Of a stretch of DNA of 64,000 bases, positions 13,281 through 27,474 are shown piece after piece. The stretch lies in NCBI GenBank assembly GCA_964016885.1, contig OZ024741.1, positions 313,844,001-313,908,000 of the forward strand, read 5' to 3'. Made by a program: the position numbers and the translations under genes. The stretch is from Eledone cirrhosa. Taxonomy: Eukaryota. Below the pieces are notes generated by a model. The model was given only the letters and a program-made list of their open reading frames with translations, was not told where the DNA came from and ran no database searches. Each line of letters begins with the position of its first letter. The stretch's first letter is position 1.

Positions 13281-13470
13281 GTGGATTGGCGGTATCGGTA
13301 GAGGATCGGACGCCATGCTTTGACGCATAGAGTTAAAGCCCTTGCCATTCTGAGTTCAAATCCCGCCGAGGTTAACTGTGCCTTTCATCCTTACGGGGTC
13401 GATAAAATAAAGTACCAGTAATGTACTGGTTGATTTGCTGGCCTTGTGCCAAAAGTAGAAACAATTATTA
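13281..13470 (+). mobile_element. tRNA-derived SINE (OK-like) inserted in the inverted pLTR
   Basis: A box tggcggtatcgg, B box gagttcaaatcc, core gcctttcatccttacggggtcgataa, tail gctggccttgtgccaaaagtagaaac; absent from the other arm. Confidence 0.85.
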
Positions 13471-13967
13471 TTATTGCTATCTTATCCATGCATGATGTGT
13501 TATTGATGCTGTGAAAGGAAAACAACCCCATTACTCGAACTAATAATCCCTTCATCTAATATAGAGCACTTAAATAATGAATCCGCTTTACACCACATAA
13601 AAAATGCCATCCTCACTACAATGAATATATTTTATCTGTCAGATAATAAATAAGTCTTACGGTCAGCAAACCTACACTAAAGTAAATGGTCCATTGTTTC
13701 AAGACCCAGGTTATCTCTACACTATATATAATACAAACCATGACAGCTTTGACATGTCAATTTCATACATCTGCTTCGTATCAGCTCGTTTACATGCTAA
13801 AGCCATCAGTATACTCTATGTCTTACTTAGATTGATGTTGTGATTATTTTAAATATTTACGGTCTAGCTAAATTATTGTAGTATTGTTAGTATTGTTATT
13901 ATTGTTCTGATTTAATGCCACTCCTATATATAGAATCCATGCTTGTGTATTACCTCCATTCTCGCAC

Positions 13968-14073
13968 GCTCTGATGAACTGACTGGTTATAACAAAGTAT
14001 TGGTGAGCGATTGATGCACAAACAGGCGGGAGAGATCTCTAGACGTAGCGGTTCAGAGAAACAATCGTCACCA
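13968..14073 (+). ncRNA. HHR family D (inverted arm)
   Basis: gct-CTGATGA-actgactgg...cggttcaga-GAAACAATC-GTC-acc. Confidence 0.7.
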
Positions 14074-14176
14074 ATGTGAATAAAGCCTTTATTGTATAGT
14101 AAACCATGTCACTCTTCTTTCTTGATTTATATATAAATATATGTATATATATATACATATATATATATATATACAC

Positions 14177-14273
<97 letters not shown>

Positions 14274-14504
14274 CATATATGTATTTATATATATATTAGG
14301 ATGTATACGTACATACATATATGTATACAGACGTACAGTAGTATGTATGTATATATATACATACATGCACACATATATATATGTACGTATGGATTCACCA
14401 AACATTCATTATAGTGCTCGGTTTGTTTGTAAACAAACATCCCGTATTAAACCGTAGTGTTTAGCAACCACCGTTGCTCGTTTGTTCAACACTGACAAAG
14501 GAGA

Positions 14505-14545
14505 CGCTGTACTAGTTTCAAGCTTGTTAGCTATCCTCAGCAACG
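14505..14545 (-). ncRNA. Minimal HHR family A, intact (CUGAGGA)
   Basis: revcomp cgttg-CTGAGGA-tagctaacaagctt-GAAACTAGTA-cagcg. Confidence 0.85.
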
Positions 14546-14772
14546 TATACCTTCCTGCCAGATGGTTTAATGTCCGAAAGTATATACTTTCGTTATGCAT
14601 ATTAACGGCTGAGAAGCCCAATTTGCATATCGAGTGGGTTAATCGGCCGGGTGCACTGAAAACGATAATCGGTAAAAATGAAACGAAATTTCATTTCTCA
14701 CTCCTAGTACAGCTGCTACTTAAATATAAGTATGTATACGTACATACATATATGTATACTAACGAACAGTAG

Positions 14773-14829
<57 letters not shown>

Positions 14830-15180
14830 TACTAATGTACAGTAGTATGTATATATATATATATATATATATACATACATGCACTCATATATATATGTAC
14901 GTATGAATTCACGAAACATCTATAATAATGCTCGGTGTGTTTGTAATCCCGTATTAAGCCGTAGTGTCTAGCAATCACCGTTGCTCGTATACATACTTAT
15001 ATTTAAGTAACAGCCGTACTAAGAGTGGGAAATGAAATTTCGTTTAATTTTTGCCGTTTTTCGTTTTCGGTGCACCCGGCCGATTAACTCACTTGATATG
15101 CAAATTGGGCTAATCAGTCGTTAATATGCATTAGGAAAGTATATACTTTCGGACGTTCAACTATCTGTCAAGAAGGTATA

Positions 15181-15221
15181 CGTTGCTGACGATAGCTAAC
15201 AAGCTTGAAACTAGTACAGCA
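15181..15221 (+). ncRNA. Minimal HHR family A, intact (CUGACGA)
   Basis: cgttg-CTGACGA-tagctaacaagctt-GAAACTAGTA-cagca; palindromic ACTAGT stem III, GUA site. Confidence 0.88.
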
Positions 15222-15484
15222 TTCCTTTGTCAGTGTTGAACAAACGAGCAACCGTGGTTGCTAGACACTACGACTTAATACGGGATGTTTGTTTACAAAC
15301 ACACGGAGCATTATAATAGATGTTTGGTGAATCCATACGTACATATATATTTGTCTGCATGTATATATATATATATACATACTACTGTACGTCTGTATAC
15401 ATATATGTATGTACGTATACATACTTATATTTAAGTAACAGCCGTACTAAATGTGGGAAATGAAGTTTCGTTTCATTTTTTACC

Positions 15485-15565
<81 letters not shown>

Positions 15566-16925
15566 TAATTTAATATATCAACTAACATAAGCGCACAGAT
15601 GCACGCCCATGCCAGCAAATACACAGGTTATGTCATAGTACCTAGGTGGTTCAATGCAGGAGAATGCAGAACAATAATATAAAGGACGTAAAATAAGAAA
15701 ATATTTTTTTAAAAAAATTTAAAAAAAATTTTTTTCTTACTTAAATTTTCACTCCAACTAATTAGTTTCTGCATAAATACATTTATATATATACCGTATA
15801 TGCCGGTGTAAAAGTTGATCCGCTGCACATGTCGACCCATTAAATTTTGTGGTGTAATTCAGGTTCAGCCCTATATACGCCGGTTGAGACGACACCCCTG
15901 GTATAAGTGATTACCATCTCCTCAGCCATAGACATGCTTGCCTTTGTTTATTTGCATAAAATAGAAAACATGGAAATAAACACTAAATAGTTGTAATATA
16001 TAAATGCATGTGAGCAAAGTACAATTTGTAAAATCTATTTTTCAATTAACAAAAAGATTTAACTGAAATGTTTTATTAGTATACAACATGCTACCACACC
16101 GTCACTTGATACGCTGGAATTTTAAAAACCCAAATATTCCTTATCCAACGTGTATCAGCATTACGTGTCGATATATTTTTACTTTCGACCTGTTTTGTTT
16201 CGTGGGGAAATTAACGTAGATTTTCCGATAGGGTAGATAATTCAGTGAATCAGTATACCATCAATATTATAACTATAATATTAATAAAAATATTATATAT
16301 ATATGTATGTATTTACATATGTAAGTGTTTTTGTCTGTGTGTAAATATGCATTTATACAGTATATATTATATATATATATATATACTTGTGTATTTGTAT
16401 GTGTGTGTGTTAATTTAAATGTATGATATCGCAAATACATATCGTAGGAACTGATAAAATATGGTAAGATTTGGGGTGAATATAAATGTTATTATTCTAA
16501 TAATATTGTTTGTTCCTATCATAATTTTATTAACAAAGCGTTCAACTCAACTGAAATTCCATGTATATTTTATAGAGGAGCGATGTAATATTCAATGAAC
16601 ACGTCGTTTAATTATCACAAGACCACTTTAATCTTAACACTTTCTATAAACTGTACCATTGATATCTATATTTAATTATTCATATATGCAAAATTATCAC
16701 ATATTGCGTAACAAGCCAAAATTCAGAATAATAGCGAATGGATATTTAGGAAAATTTAGGAAAATTTTCATGGAAAGACATGTTAAACCTAACAGGGTGC
16801 ATTTGTAAATAAAAGCTATAGGGCAAGAGAGTAAGTAAACATTAAACAAACCTACGTTAAAAATAGATTCGCTATTCTTCTGAATTTTGGCTTGTTCTAG
16901 CCGATGATATTTCTACTCTTTTTCC

Positions 16926-16970
16926 TTGCTCTGATGAGTCCTAATTAATGAGACGAAACATTGTCAGCAA
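16926..16970 (+). ncRNA. HHR family B, intact (duplicated copy)
   Basis: ttgct-CTGATGA-gtcctaattaatgagac-GAAACATT-GTC-agcaa. Confidence 0.9.
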
Positions 16971-17047
16971 ATAAAGATGTTTAATGTATTAAAGGCTTCT
17001 TTGTTAATTTTATATATGTATATATTTTTATATATATATATATATAT

Positions 17048-17081
<34 letters not shown>

Positions 17082-17395
17082 TTATTTAAATGTATGATAT
17101 CCCAAATAGATATCGTAGGAACTGATAAAATATGGTAAGATTTGGATGGATTATATATGTTATTTTTCTAATAATATTATTTGTCTCTTTCATAATCTTA
17201 CTAACATTGTATCTAACTGAAAGAAAAATCCATGAATATCTGATAGAGGATAGATGTAATATTCAATAAATATACAAGTTCATTTGTTTATTACAAGACC
17301 GCTTTAATCTTAAAATTATGTATACAATCGTATCATTGATATCTGTATGTAATTAATAATATATGCAACATTATCACATATAGTGGTAGTTTCAG

Positions 17396-17529
17396 AATGC
17401 CGAGTAGGACAGTTTGGTGTTGATTGTAAGGGGACCTGCCATTGTATCAACAACATGAACTGTGACAAGCGAATTAGAAGATGTTCAGATGGATGTTCTG
17501 AAGGTTATACTGTTGTCAATTGCCAAGAA
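17396..17529 (+). pseudogene. EGF-like exon B (134 nt, same donor-side deletion as exon A)
   Basis: ECRVGQFGVDCKGTCHCINNMNCDKRIRRCSDGCSEGYTVVNCQE. Confidence 0.75.
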
Positions 17530-17612
17530 GTATCTCATAAAATTGTCACGTACTTAATGTACACACACATACAGACCCCCCAACCCCCGAAATATATACA
17601 TATTTAACATAT

Positions 17613-17672
<60 letters not shown>

Positions 17673-18457
17673 ATATCTATATATATATATATATATATAC
17701 CTTATATGCCGGTGTAAAAGTTGATCCGCTGCATAGATCGACCCATCAAATAATTTTGTGGTGTAATTCAGGTTGAGACTACACTCCAGGTATAAGGCAT
17801 TACCATCTCCCCAGCCGTAGAAATGCTTGCCGTTGTTTATTTGCATGAAATATAAAATATGGAAATAAACACTAAATAGTTGTAATATATAAATGCATGT
17901 GAGGAAAGTAAAATTTGTAAAATTTATTTTTCAGTTAACAAAATGATTTAACTGAACAGTTTTATTAGTAAACAACATGCTACCACACCGTCACTTGATA
18001 TGCGGGAATTTTAAAAACCTAAATATTCCTAACTCAATGTTTATCAGCAATACTTATCTATATATTTTTACTTTCGACCTGTTTTATTTCGTGGGGAAAT
18101 ATCCGTAGTTGTTTCCGATAGTTTAGATAAGTTAGTGAATCAGTATACCATTAATATTATAACTATAATATAAATTCTAATATTACATATATATGTATGT
18201 ATATATTCATATATGTATTTATGTACGTATGTAAGTGTATATATATATATATAAATATAGGTGTGTGTGTGTGTGTGTGTTTGTGTTTAGTTAAATGTAT
18301 GATATAGCAAATGCATATCGAAGGAACTGAGAAAATATGGTAAGATTTTGAAGGATTATATGTTTATTTTTCTAATAATATTGTTTGTTTCTTTCATAAT
18401 ATTATTAACATTGCATTTAACTGAACTGAAAATATTCACATATAGCGACACATTCAG

Positions 18458-18592
18458 AATGCCCAGTAGGAACGTTTGGTGCTGATTGTAATGGAACCTG
18501 CCATTGTATCAACAATATTAACTGTGACAAGCGAAATGGAAGATGTTTAGATGGATGTGCTGAAGGTTATATTGGTGTCAATTGCCAAGAAG
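18458..18592 (+). CDS. EGF-like exon C (135 nt, phase 1-1) of a MEGF/SCARF-like multi-EGF protein
   Basis: attcag|...G|gtatct; ECPVGTFGADCNGTCHCINNINCDKRNGRCLDGCAEGYIGVNCQE; part of the upstream intron is deleted relative to other units. Confidence 0.8.
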
Positions 18593-18656
18593 GTATCTCA
18601 TAAAATTGTTACTTAATTACTATACAAATACACACACATACAGACACCCACACACA

Positions 18657-18739
<83 letters not shown>

Positions 18740-19340
18740 ATGCTGTTGTAATGGTTGATCGGTTGCATATCTCAACCCATGGAATTTTGTGGTGTAATTC
18801 AGGTTGAGGCCTATATACACCGGTTAGACGACACCCCAGGTATAAGGCATTACCATCTCCCCAGCCGTAGATATGCTTGCCGTTGTTTATTTGCATAAAA
18901 TATAAAACATGGAAATAAACACTAAATAGTTGTAAAATAAAAATGCAAGTGAAGAACGTTTAGTTTGTAAAATTTATTTTTCAGTTAACAAAATAATTAA
19001 ACTGAACTATTTTATTAGTAGACAACATGCTACCACACCGTCACTTGATACGCGGTAACTTAAAATATAAATAATCCTCATCCAATGTGTATCAGCATTA
19101 CATGACGATATATTTTTACTTTGACTTGTTTTGTTTCGTGGGGAATTCACCTTAGTTTTTCCGATAGTTTAGATAATTCAGTGAATCAGTATGCTGTTAA
19201 TGTTATAACTATAATATTAATAGTAATATTATATATATATATCCATGTATGTATGTATATATCTATGGATGTACGTATGTAAGAGTATGTTTGTGTGTAA
19301 ATATGCATTTATATATATATATATATATACCGTATATACG

Positions 19341-19406
<66 letters not shown>

Positions 19407-19622
19407 CATTATTGTTATAAGTAGTCCACTTAGATGTAGACCAGTTAGGGTACTCCGAGTAGTGGATAGTATTAACGCTTGACTATGTTTGACTCAACAA
19501 AAGGTTTCCATAGTGATGCTGCGAGTACGCGGTGATTTCTATGTAGTTTACTCTTGGAGTAATAATAAATCAAGAAAGAAGAGTGACATGGTTTGCTATA
19601 CAATAAGGGCTTTATTCACATT

Positions 19623-19728
19623 GCTGATAATTGTTTCTCTGAACTGGTAGGTCTAGAGATCGCTACCCGCCTGTTTTTGCGTCAATCGACACCAATACTT
19701 TGTTATAACCAGTCAGTTCATCAGAGCG
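19623..19728 (-). ncRNA. HHR family D
   Basis: Copy of 9875-9980. Confidence 0.75.
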
Positions 19729-22700
19729 TGCGAGAATGGAGGGAATACACTGGCATGGCTTCTATATATAGTCGTGGCATTAATTCAGAACAATAATAAC
19801 AATACTAACAATACTAACAATACTACAATAAATTAGCTAGCCCGTAAATATTTAAAATAATCACAACACCAATCTAAGTAAGACATAGAATATACTGATA
19901 GCTTTAGCATGTAAACGAGCTGATACGAAGCTGATGTATGAAATTGACATGTAAAAGCTGTCATGGGGTGTATTATATATAGTGTAGAGATAACCTGGGG
20001 CTTGAAACAATGGAACATTTACTTTACTGTAGGTTTGCTAACCGTAAGACTTATTTATTATCTGACAGATAAAATATTTTCATTGTAGTGAGGAAGGCAT
20101 TTTTTATGTGGTGTAAAGCGGATTCATTATTTAAGTGGTTTATATTAGATGAAGCGATTGTTAGTTCGAATCATGGGGTTGTTTATCTTTCACAGCATCA
20201 ATAACACATCATGCATGGATAAGACAGCAATAATAATAATAGCAGCAATATAGTAAGTAAGTTAATACATAGGTTACAAAGCAAGGTACATATAGAGTGA
20301 ATATAATGACTACAATTACGGATACATTGGGCTGGTAATTATAACAACAGGGAGAAGGTAATATTTCAAGAACTGTGGTAGTAGTCAAATAATGTACTTG
20401 GAATTAGCTTCATCTGTTGAGAATCAAGAGTGAGGAAGTTGTGTTGACAGCAGCCGAGAAGAGATATGTTTATGGGTTGATAAGATATTTGCAGACATTA
20501 CTTTGGTATAAAATTAAAGAGGCGAGAAGCTGTTTAAAGCATATTATAATTATGTGGTGTTCTGTGTGAGAGTGCGGATTTCATATGTTGAACGCTAAGT
20601 TATGTTGGTTTGAATCACGGTGGCTTAAATCTTGTGAATTTAGTAGAGATCCTGTGTCTGCAGAAAATTGACCTTTCTATCTTCTTGTTGAGTAGCCTTT
20701 TATCGTTCCACAGGATATATAGTAATTCAAGGTCGCAGAGCCTACAATAGGACCTACCGGTACTATATGCCCTTCCGGCCGATAACCATGAACAGTTGAT
20801 ATTGTAATCGATATTTTTGTCGTTAAGTACCCAGATTTTTTTTGGCGGGGGTTGTAGAACCTATTAGTGCAGGGTTCTTCATCGAATGTCTGTGCACATA
20901 CCATCTTTTTTTTAAAGTACCCGCGGTGGATCCAATGTAATGCCAAGTGGAGTTGCCCGAGTTCACCGTACAGATGTACGCTAGACTCGAATCAAAGCAT
21001 CTGTTCGCCAATGGGCACCTATCTGGTAGGTGACAATTGCAGTTTCAGGTGTTATTCGGTGCAACCTCCACACTGCTATAAGTGGGTTGTGATTCGTGCC
21101 CGTTGAAGTTTGCTGCGGTGCGTTCGTATGCGTTTGCGGTTGTGATACTGTTATGTATTTATGTTTAGAATTTGGTGCTATGCTGTGCATAGGTGGGGCG
21201 GTCTCCCTAGAGGTATTTCTGTGGTTGATCTTGCGTATGTGGGATTCTATATTTGCAGCCGTAGAGTATGAGAGTTTTATAGTTTTTCTATTGAGGATTT
21301 TATGATATCTATGTGATATAGGGAAGTGTTTATCTATTAGTTTAAAAAACGTAGAAGGCAGTCTAGTTTTTACAGAGGAGTTGAAGATTGGATTAAACAA
21401 CAGGTATTTTCTTTCTCTATTTCTTCTATAGTTTCTAGGGTTTACATTATTCGTGTTTGGACCACCTACTCTAGATGCTATTTGCCTACCTCTATGTCTA
21501 GTCCTGTTACCTCTATTTTTGTATGAGCGGTTGGTGTAAGTGATAGTGGGTTTGTTTGAGTTGTCCTTATCCGTTATAAATTGCAGCTTTTCTTTGTGTC
21601 CGGCCCTATGTAATGCCGCGTTATAATAGTTAGCATGCTCATTAAACATGTCTAGGTTTGAGGATAATCGGGATATTCTAAGGGATATATTACGTGCTAT
21701 GGATCTGATTATGGATCGAGGGTGGTTTGAATTATAACTAATGTATCCCAGATTCTCATTAATTTTGTGGAAGTGTTCTATTAATCCCGTAATTATATTT
21801 AGGGTTACATCTAGAGAGTTTGCCTTTTTATGATTCAGTTCGTAGGCCTAGATTTTTTAAGAATGTTCTAATGTTTCTTTCTTAATCTTTCTATGCTTTG
21901 GTTGTTTAAGTTCCTAGCTATAAAGAGCGTGTCATCGCTATAAATCCTTCCTTGGAGGATACTGAATTCTTTATGTAGGTTGTGAGCTATAAATAACGCC
22001 ACGTCGTCAGTGATTTGCGCTGAATCGTTCGATTCTATTGATATCGAAGGTGTTTATCCTATCTTTTCTTAGCCAATAGCTATTTTCAAAGTTTATGATA
22101 GTCCTTCTCGCAGCTAGTATTATTTCAATTTCATCAGGGGAAAGATCGGAGTTATTTTGGGCAAATATAAGCGCTTTATCTAGGGTGGCTGGGGAGATGG
22201 ACGCGTAGTAATATTTTATATCGAATTGTATGTAGTCTCATGTTTCTCTATTTCTTATTTTACTGAACCATTCAATCGTCTCGCTAGTGTTACCCCATAA
22301 TTTGATTTCTAGTTTTCTCTTTATTTGTGCGATTACCCTATCTAGAATATTCTTGCTAATTTTACCTATATCCGACTTAGATGGACATATAGTAGGATTT
22401 ACTTCAAAATTATTTTTGTTATCCTTAATGCTAAATGTGGGGATTCATGGGGTTAGAGGCTCTGTTCTATCGGATATTCCGAGTTTATTTACTATATTAA
22501 GGCCATCTTTGTTAATGCTTGTGAGTGTGGAATCATTTGTTTTTTTTTGTATGTTTTATGTAGTTCACGCTGTATGAAATTATTGTATGTGTTAAAGTCC
22601 ATAGAATATACGTTTGATGATTTGTCTGCCTTTACTTTGATACCGTTGATGTCTTTTAGTTTTCTTAGTAGTGTATTGATGTCATCTTTTAATTTGCTGT

Positions 22701-23005
22701 AATATTCTTTAAGCAGCTTCTAGCCTCCTTAAATCTTTACCACAGTAATGTCTGCAAATATCTTATCAACCCATAAATCTTCTCATCTTCTATCAACACA
22801 ACTTCCTCACTCTTGATTCTCAACAGGTGAACCTAATTCAAAGTACATTATTTGACTACTAACACAGTCCTTGAAATATCAACTTCCCCCTGTTGTTATA
22901 ATGACCTCCCCAATGTATCCGTAATTGTAGTCATTATGTTCTCTCTATATATACCTTGCTTCTTAACCTCTGTATTAACTTACTTACTATATTGCTGCTA
23001 TTATT

Positions 23006-23195
23006 GTGGATTGGCGGTATCGGTAGAGGATCGGACGCCATGCTTTGACGCATAGAGTTAAAGCCCTTGCCATTCTGAGTTCAAATCCCGCCGAGGTTAA
23101 CTGTGCCTTTCATCCTTACGGGGTCGATAAAATAAAGTACCAGTAATGTACTGGTTGATTTGCTGGCCTTGTGCCAAAAGTAGAAACAATTATTA
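23006..23195 (+). mobile_element. OK-like SINE (duplicate of 13281-13470)
   Basis: Same sequence and insertion site. Confidence 0.85.
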
Positions 23196-23692
23196 TTATT
23201 GCTATCTTATCCATGCATGATGTGTTATTGATGCTGTGAAAGATAAACAACCCCATTACTCGAACTAATAATCCCTTCATCTAATATAGAACACATAAAT
23301 AATGAATCCGCTTTACACCACATAAAAAATGTCATCCTCACTACACTGAATATATTTTATCTGTCAGATAATAAATAAGTCTTACGGTCAGCAAACCTAC
23401 ACTAAAGTAAATGGTCCATTGTTTCAAGACCCAGGTTATCTCTACACTATATATAATACACCCCATGACAGCTTTGACATGTCAATTTCATACATCTGCC
23501 TCGTATCAGCTCGTTTACATGCTAAAGCCATCAGTATACTCTATGTCTTACTTAGATTGATGTTGTGATTATTTTAAATATTTACGGTCTAGCTAAATTA
23601 TTGTAGTATTGTTTGTATTGTTATTATTGTTCTGATTTAATGCCACTACTACATATAGAATCCATGCTCGTGTATTCCCTCCATTCTCGCAC

Positions 23693-23798
23693 GCTCTGAT
23701 GAACTGACTGGTTATAACAAAGTTTTGGTGAGCGATTGATGCACAAACAGGCAGGTAGCGATCTCTAGACGTAGCGATTCAGAGAAAGAATTGTCAGC
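23693..23798 (+). ncRNA. HHR family D (inverted arm)
   Basis: gct-CTGATGA-actg...cgattcaga-GAAAGAATT-GTC-agc. Confidence 0.65.
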
Positions 23799-23911
23799 AA
23801 TGTGAATAAAGCCCTTATTTTATAGTAAACCATGTCACTCTTCTTTCTTGATTTATATATAAATATATATATATATACATATACATCTGTGTGTGTGTGT
23901 GTGTGTGTGTA

Positions 23912-24002
<91 letters not shown>

Positions 24003-24283
24003 ATCGTAGGCTCTGATAAAATATGGTAAGATTTGGAGGGTTTATATGTTAATTTTCTGATAATAATCTTTTTTTCTTTCGTAATCTTATTAACATTGCA
24101 TTTAACTGAACTGGAAAACCATGTATATTTTATAGAGGATCGATGTATTATTCAATAAATCTACAACTTCATTTGTTTAGTACAAGACCACTTTAATCTT
24201 TAAATTTTGTATCAAATTCTATCATTTATATCTTTTTATAACAATGATATATGCAACATTATCACATGTAGTGATAGTTTCAG

Positions 24284-24418
24284 AATGCGAAGTAGGAAAG
24301 TTTGGTGATGCTTGTAATGGGACATGCCATTGTATCAACAACACGAACTGTGACAAGCGAAGAGGAACATGTTCAGATGGATGCTCTGCAGGTTATACTG
24401 GTGCCAATTGCCAAGAAG
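24284..24418 (+). CDS. EGF-like exon D (135 nt, phase 1-1)
   Basis: tttcag|...G|gtatct; ECEVGKFGDACNGTCHCINNTNCDKRRGTCSDGCSAGYTGANCQE, all 8 Cys present. Confidence 0.85.
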
Positions 24419-24878
24419 GTATCTCATAAAATTCTTACGTACTTACTATACACACACACACAGACACAGACCTGACGCCACCAATACATCCACCACACCA
24501 CCATAAACGCCGCTACCATAGACAAAGACACCACTACCACACCCCCACCCAAACCCCAACACGTCTACTGACAATCCACTAACCTCACCCCACAGCCCAT
24601 CCCACTAAATAACATTAATCACCACCATATCATCACATCCACCCCCACATACTCTACACACCAAGGCCAACCCACCACCACCACACCACAGCCCACCTCA
24701 TCCACAGACCGTCTCCAACATCTCACCATCACACCCACCCCCATATACACTACAAGCCAGTACCTCGCCTTGATCCTTCTCACCAATCAAAACATCTCAT
24801 TTTGTCAAACTCTTGAAACTCTGACTTTACCACATCGCATGTATTTCATTTTCTTATAGCATTTTAAGAGGGTCCGTC

Positions 24879-24952
24879 GAGCTGGCGATTATTGAGTCGG
24901 GTAGGATCAATATAGATTGAACCTTGAGCTGATCAGTGGCGAAACGTGCCTC
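24879..24952 (+). ncRNA. Degenerate HHR-like motif (family L) in a probable Penelope 3' remnant (~24470-25110)
   Basis: gag-CTGGCGA-ttattg...cagtggc-GAAACGTGC-ctc followed by aataaa. Confidence 0.4.
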
Positions 24953-25107
24953 ACCTATCAATAAATGAAATGAAGGAATAATCAATCGTCCTTTTTATCC
25001 TTTCTATATTTTACACTCTGTATAGCTCTACACATCATCACAGAAGTGAACCTAAACATCGAGTGCTCACCCGGGTGAACCTGCAGTAACTCCTAGTTAC
25101 ACCCACT

Positions 25108-25156
<49 letters not shown>

Positions 25157-25418
25157 CATATATATATATATATACACATATATATATATACATATATATA
25201 TTTATATATATATAAGTATGTATACATACATACATATATGTATACAGACGTACAGTAGTATGTGTATATATATATACATACATGCACACATATATATATG
25301 TACGTAGGGATTCACCAAACATTTATTATAGTTCTCTGTTTGTTTGTAAATACATCCCGTATTAAGCAGTAGTGTTTAGCAACCACCGTTGCTCGTTAGT
25401 TCAACACTGACAAAGGAA

Positions 25419-25459
25419 CACTGTACTAGTTTCAAGCGTGTTAGCTATCGTCAGCAACG
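25419..25459 (-). ncRNA. Minimal HHR family A, intact core
   Basis: revcomp cgttg-CTGACGA-tagctaacacgctt-GAAACTAGTA-cagtg. Confidence 0.82.
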
Positions 25460-26028
25460 TATACCTTCCTGCCAGATGGTTGAACGTCCGAAAGTATATA
25501 CTTTCGTTATGCATATTAACGGCTGAGTAGCCCAATTTGCATATCGAGTGGGTTAATCGGCCGGGTGCACCGTAAACGATAATCGGAAAAAATTAAACGA
25601 AATTTTATTTCCCACTCTTAGTACAGCTGTTACTTAAATATAAGTATGTATACGTACATAGATATATGTATACTGACGTACAGTAGTATGTATATATATA
25701 TATATATATACATAGATGTACACATATATATATATATATGTACGTATGGATTCACGAAACATTTATTATAATGCTCAGTGTTTGTAAACACACATCCCGT
25801 ATTAAGCCGTAGTGTCTAGCAACCACCGTTGCTCGTATACATACTTATATTTAAGTAACAGCCGTACTAAGCGTGGGAAATGAAATTTCGTTTCATTTTT
25901 GCCGTTTATCGTTTTCGGTGCACCCGGCCGATTAACCCACTCGATATGCAAATTGGGCTAATCAGTCGTTAATATGCATTAGGAAAGTATATACTTTCGG
26001 ACGTTCAACTATCTGGCAGGATGGTAAA

Positions 26029-26069
26029 CTTTGCTGACGATAGCTAACAAGCTTGAAACTAGTACAGCA
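26029..26069 (+). ncRNA. Minimal HHR family A, intact core
   Basis: ctttg-CTGACGA-tagctaacaagctt-GAAACTAGTA-cagca. Confidence 0.8.
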
Positions 26070-26336
26070 TTCCTTTTTCAGTGTTGAACAAACGAGCAAG
26101 GGGGGTTGCTAGACACTACGACTTAATACGGGATGTTTGTTTACAAACACACCGAGCATTATAATAGACGTTTGGTGAATCGATACGTACATATATATTT
26201 GTCTGCATGCATGTATATATACATGCTACTGTACGTCTGTATACAGATATGTATGTACGTATACATACTTATATTTAAGTAACAGCCGTACTAAGAGTGG
26301 GAAATGAAATTCCGTTTCATTTTTTCCGTTTGTATA

Positions 26337-26398
<62 letters not shown>

Positions 26399-27339
26399 CA
26401 TAAATACATTTATATATATACCGTATATGCCGGTGCAAAAGTTGATCCGCTGCACATGTCGACCCATCAAACTTTGTGGTGTAATTCAGGTTGAGGCCTA
26501 TATACGCCGGTTGAGACGACACCCTGGTATAAGTGATCACCATCTCTCCAGCCGTAGACATGCTTGCCGTTGTTTATTTGTATAAAATAGAAAACATGGA
26601 AATAAACACTAAATAGTTGTAAAATAAAAATGCATGTGAGGAAAGTACAATTTGTAAAATTTATTTTTCAGTTAACAAAAAGATTTAACTGAACTGTTTT
26701 ATTAGTATACAACATGCTACCACACCGTCACTTGGTACGCTGGAATTTAAAAAACCAAATATTCCTTATCCAATGTGTATCAGCATTACGTGTCGATATA
26801 TTTTTACTTTCGACCTGTTTTGTTTCGTGGGAAATTACCGTAGATTTTCCGATAGGGTAGATAATTCAGTGAACGAGTATACCATCAATATTATAACTAT
26901 AATATTAATAAAAATATTATATATATATGTATGTATTTACATATGTAAGTGTTTATGTATGTGTGTAAATATGCATTTATACAGTATATCTTATATATAT
27001 ATATATACTTGTGTGTTTGTATGTGTGTATGTTAATTTAAATGTATGATATCGCAAATACATAACGTAGGAACTGATAAAATATGGTAAGATTTGGGGTG
27101 AATATAAATGTTATTTTTCTAATAATATTGTTTGTTCCTATCATAATTTTATTAACAATGCGTTCAACTCAACTAAAATTCCATGTATATTTTATAGAGG
27201 GCGATGTAATATTCAATGAACACGTCGTTTAATTATCACATGACCACTTTAATCTTAACATTTTCTATAAACTGTACCATTGATATATATGTTTAATTAT
27301 TGATATATGCAACATTATCACATATTGCGTAACTTTCAG

Positions 27340-27474
27340 AATGCCGAAAAGGAAGGTTTGGTGTTTCTTGTTATGGGATATGCAATTGTATCAACAATAC
27401 TAACTGTGACAATCGAAATGGAACATGTTTAGATGGATGTTCTGCAGGTTATATTGGTGTCAATTGCCAAGAAG
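27340..27474 (+). CDS. EGF-like exon E (135 nt, phase 1-1)
   Basis: tttcag|...G|gtattt; ECRKGRFGVSCYGICNCINNTNCDNRNGTCLDGCSAGYIGVNCQE. Confidence 0.82.

Larger units (their letters stand above)
9652..14135 (-). mobile_element. Naiad-type Penelope-like element, 5'-truncated, with inverted pseudo-LTR
   Basis: Disrupted RT (FDITM.S.DSAQITD, YSDD) + CNC-x5-C-x5-C + GIY-YIG (HYIGST) at ~10867-12970; arms ~9795-10810 and ~12965-14135 are inverted; flanked by (TA)n. Confidence 0.9.
14270..15490. repeat. Family A repeat: minus partial tandem (14270-14990) joined to plus copy (14990-15490)
   Basis: Orientation switch at gttgctcg|tatacatac; (TA)n on both flanks. Confidence 0.85.
19410..23865 (-). mobile_element. 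Duplicated copy of the Naiad-type Penelope-like element
   Basis: Near-identical to 9652-14135 with additional frameshifts; KADKS motif; inverted arms ~19540-20560 / 22690-23865. Confidence 0.9.
25190..26335. repeat. Family A inverted repeat (duplicate of 14270-15490)
   Basis: Same orientation-switch junction at ~25836. Confidence 0.85.
16710..27330 (+). repeat. Second copy of a tandem segmental duplication (first copy ~7995-16710)
   Basis: Same order of HHR-B arm, EGF exon, Naiad with the same SINE, and family A inverted repeat; paired near-identical ORFs (8676/17383, 9845/19593, 13127/22852). Confidence 0.9.

Noticed and set aside
17661-18896. Repeated minus-strand ORF MQINNGKHxYGWGDGNALYL
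   Set aside because: Antisense reading of the Tc2-like remnant; frame not conserved among copies
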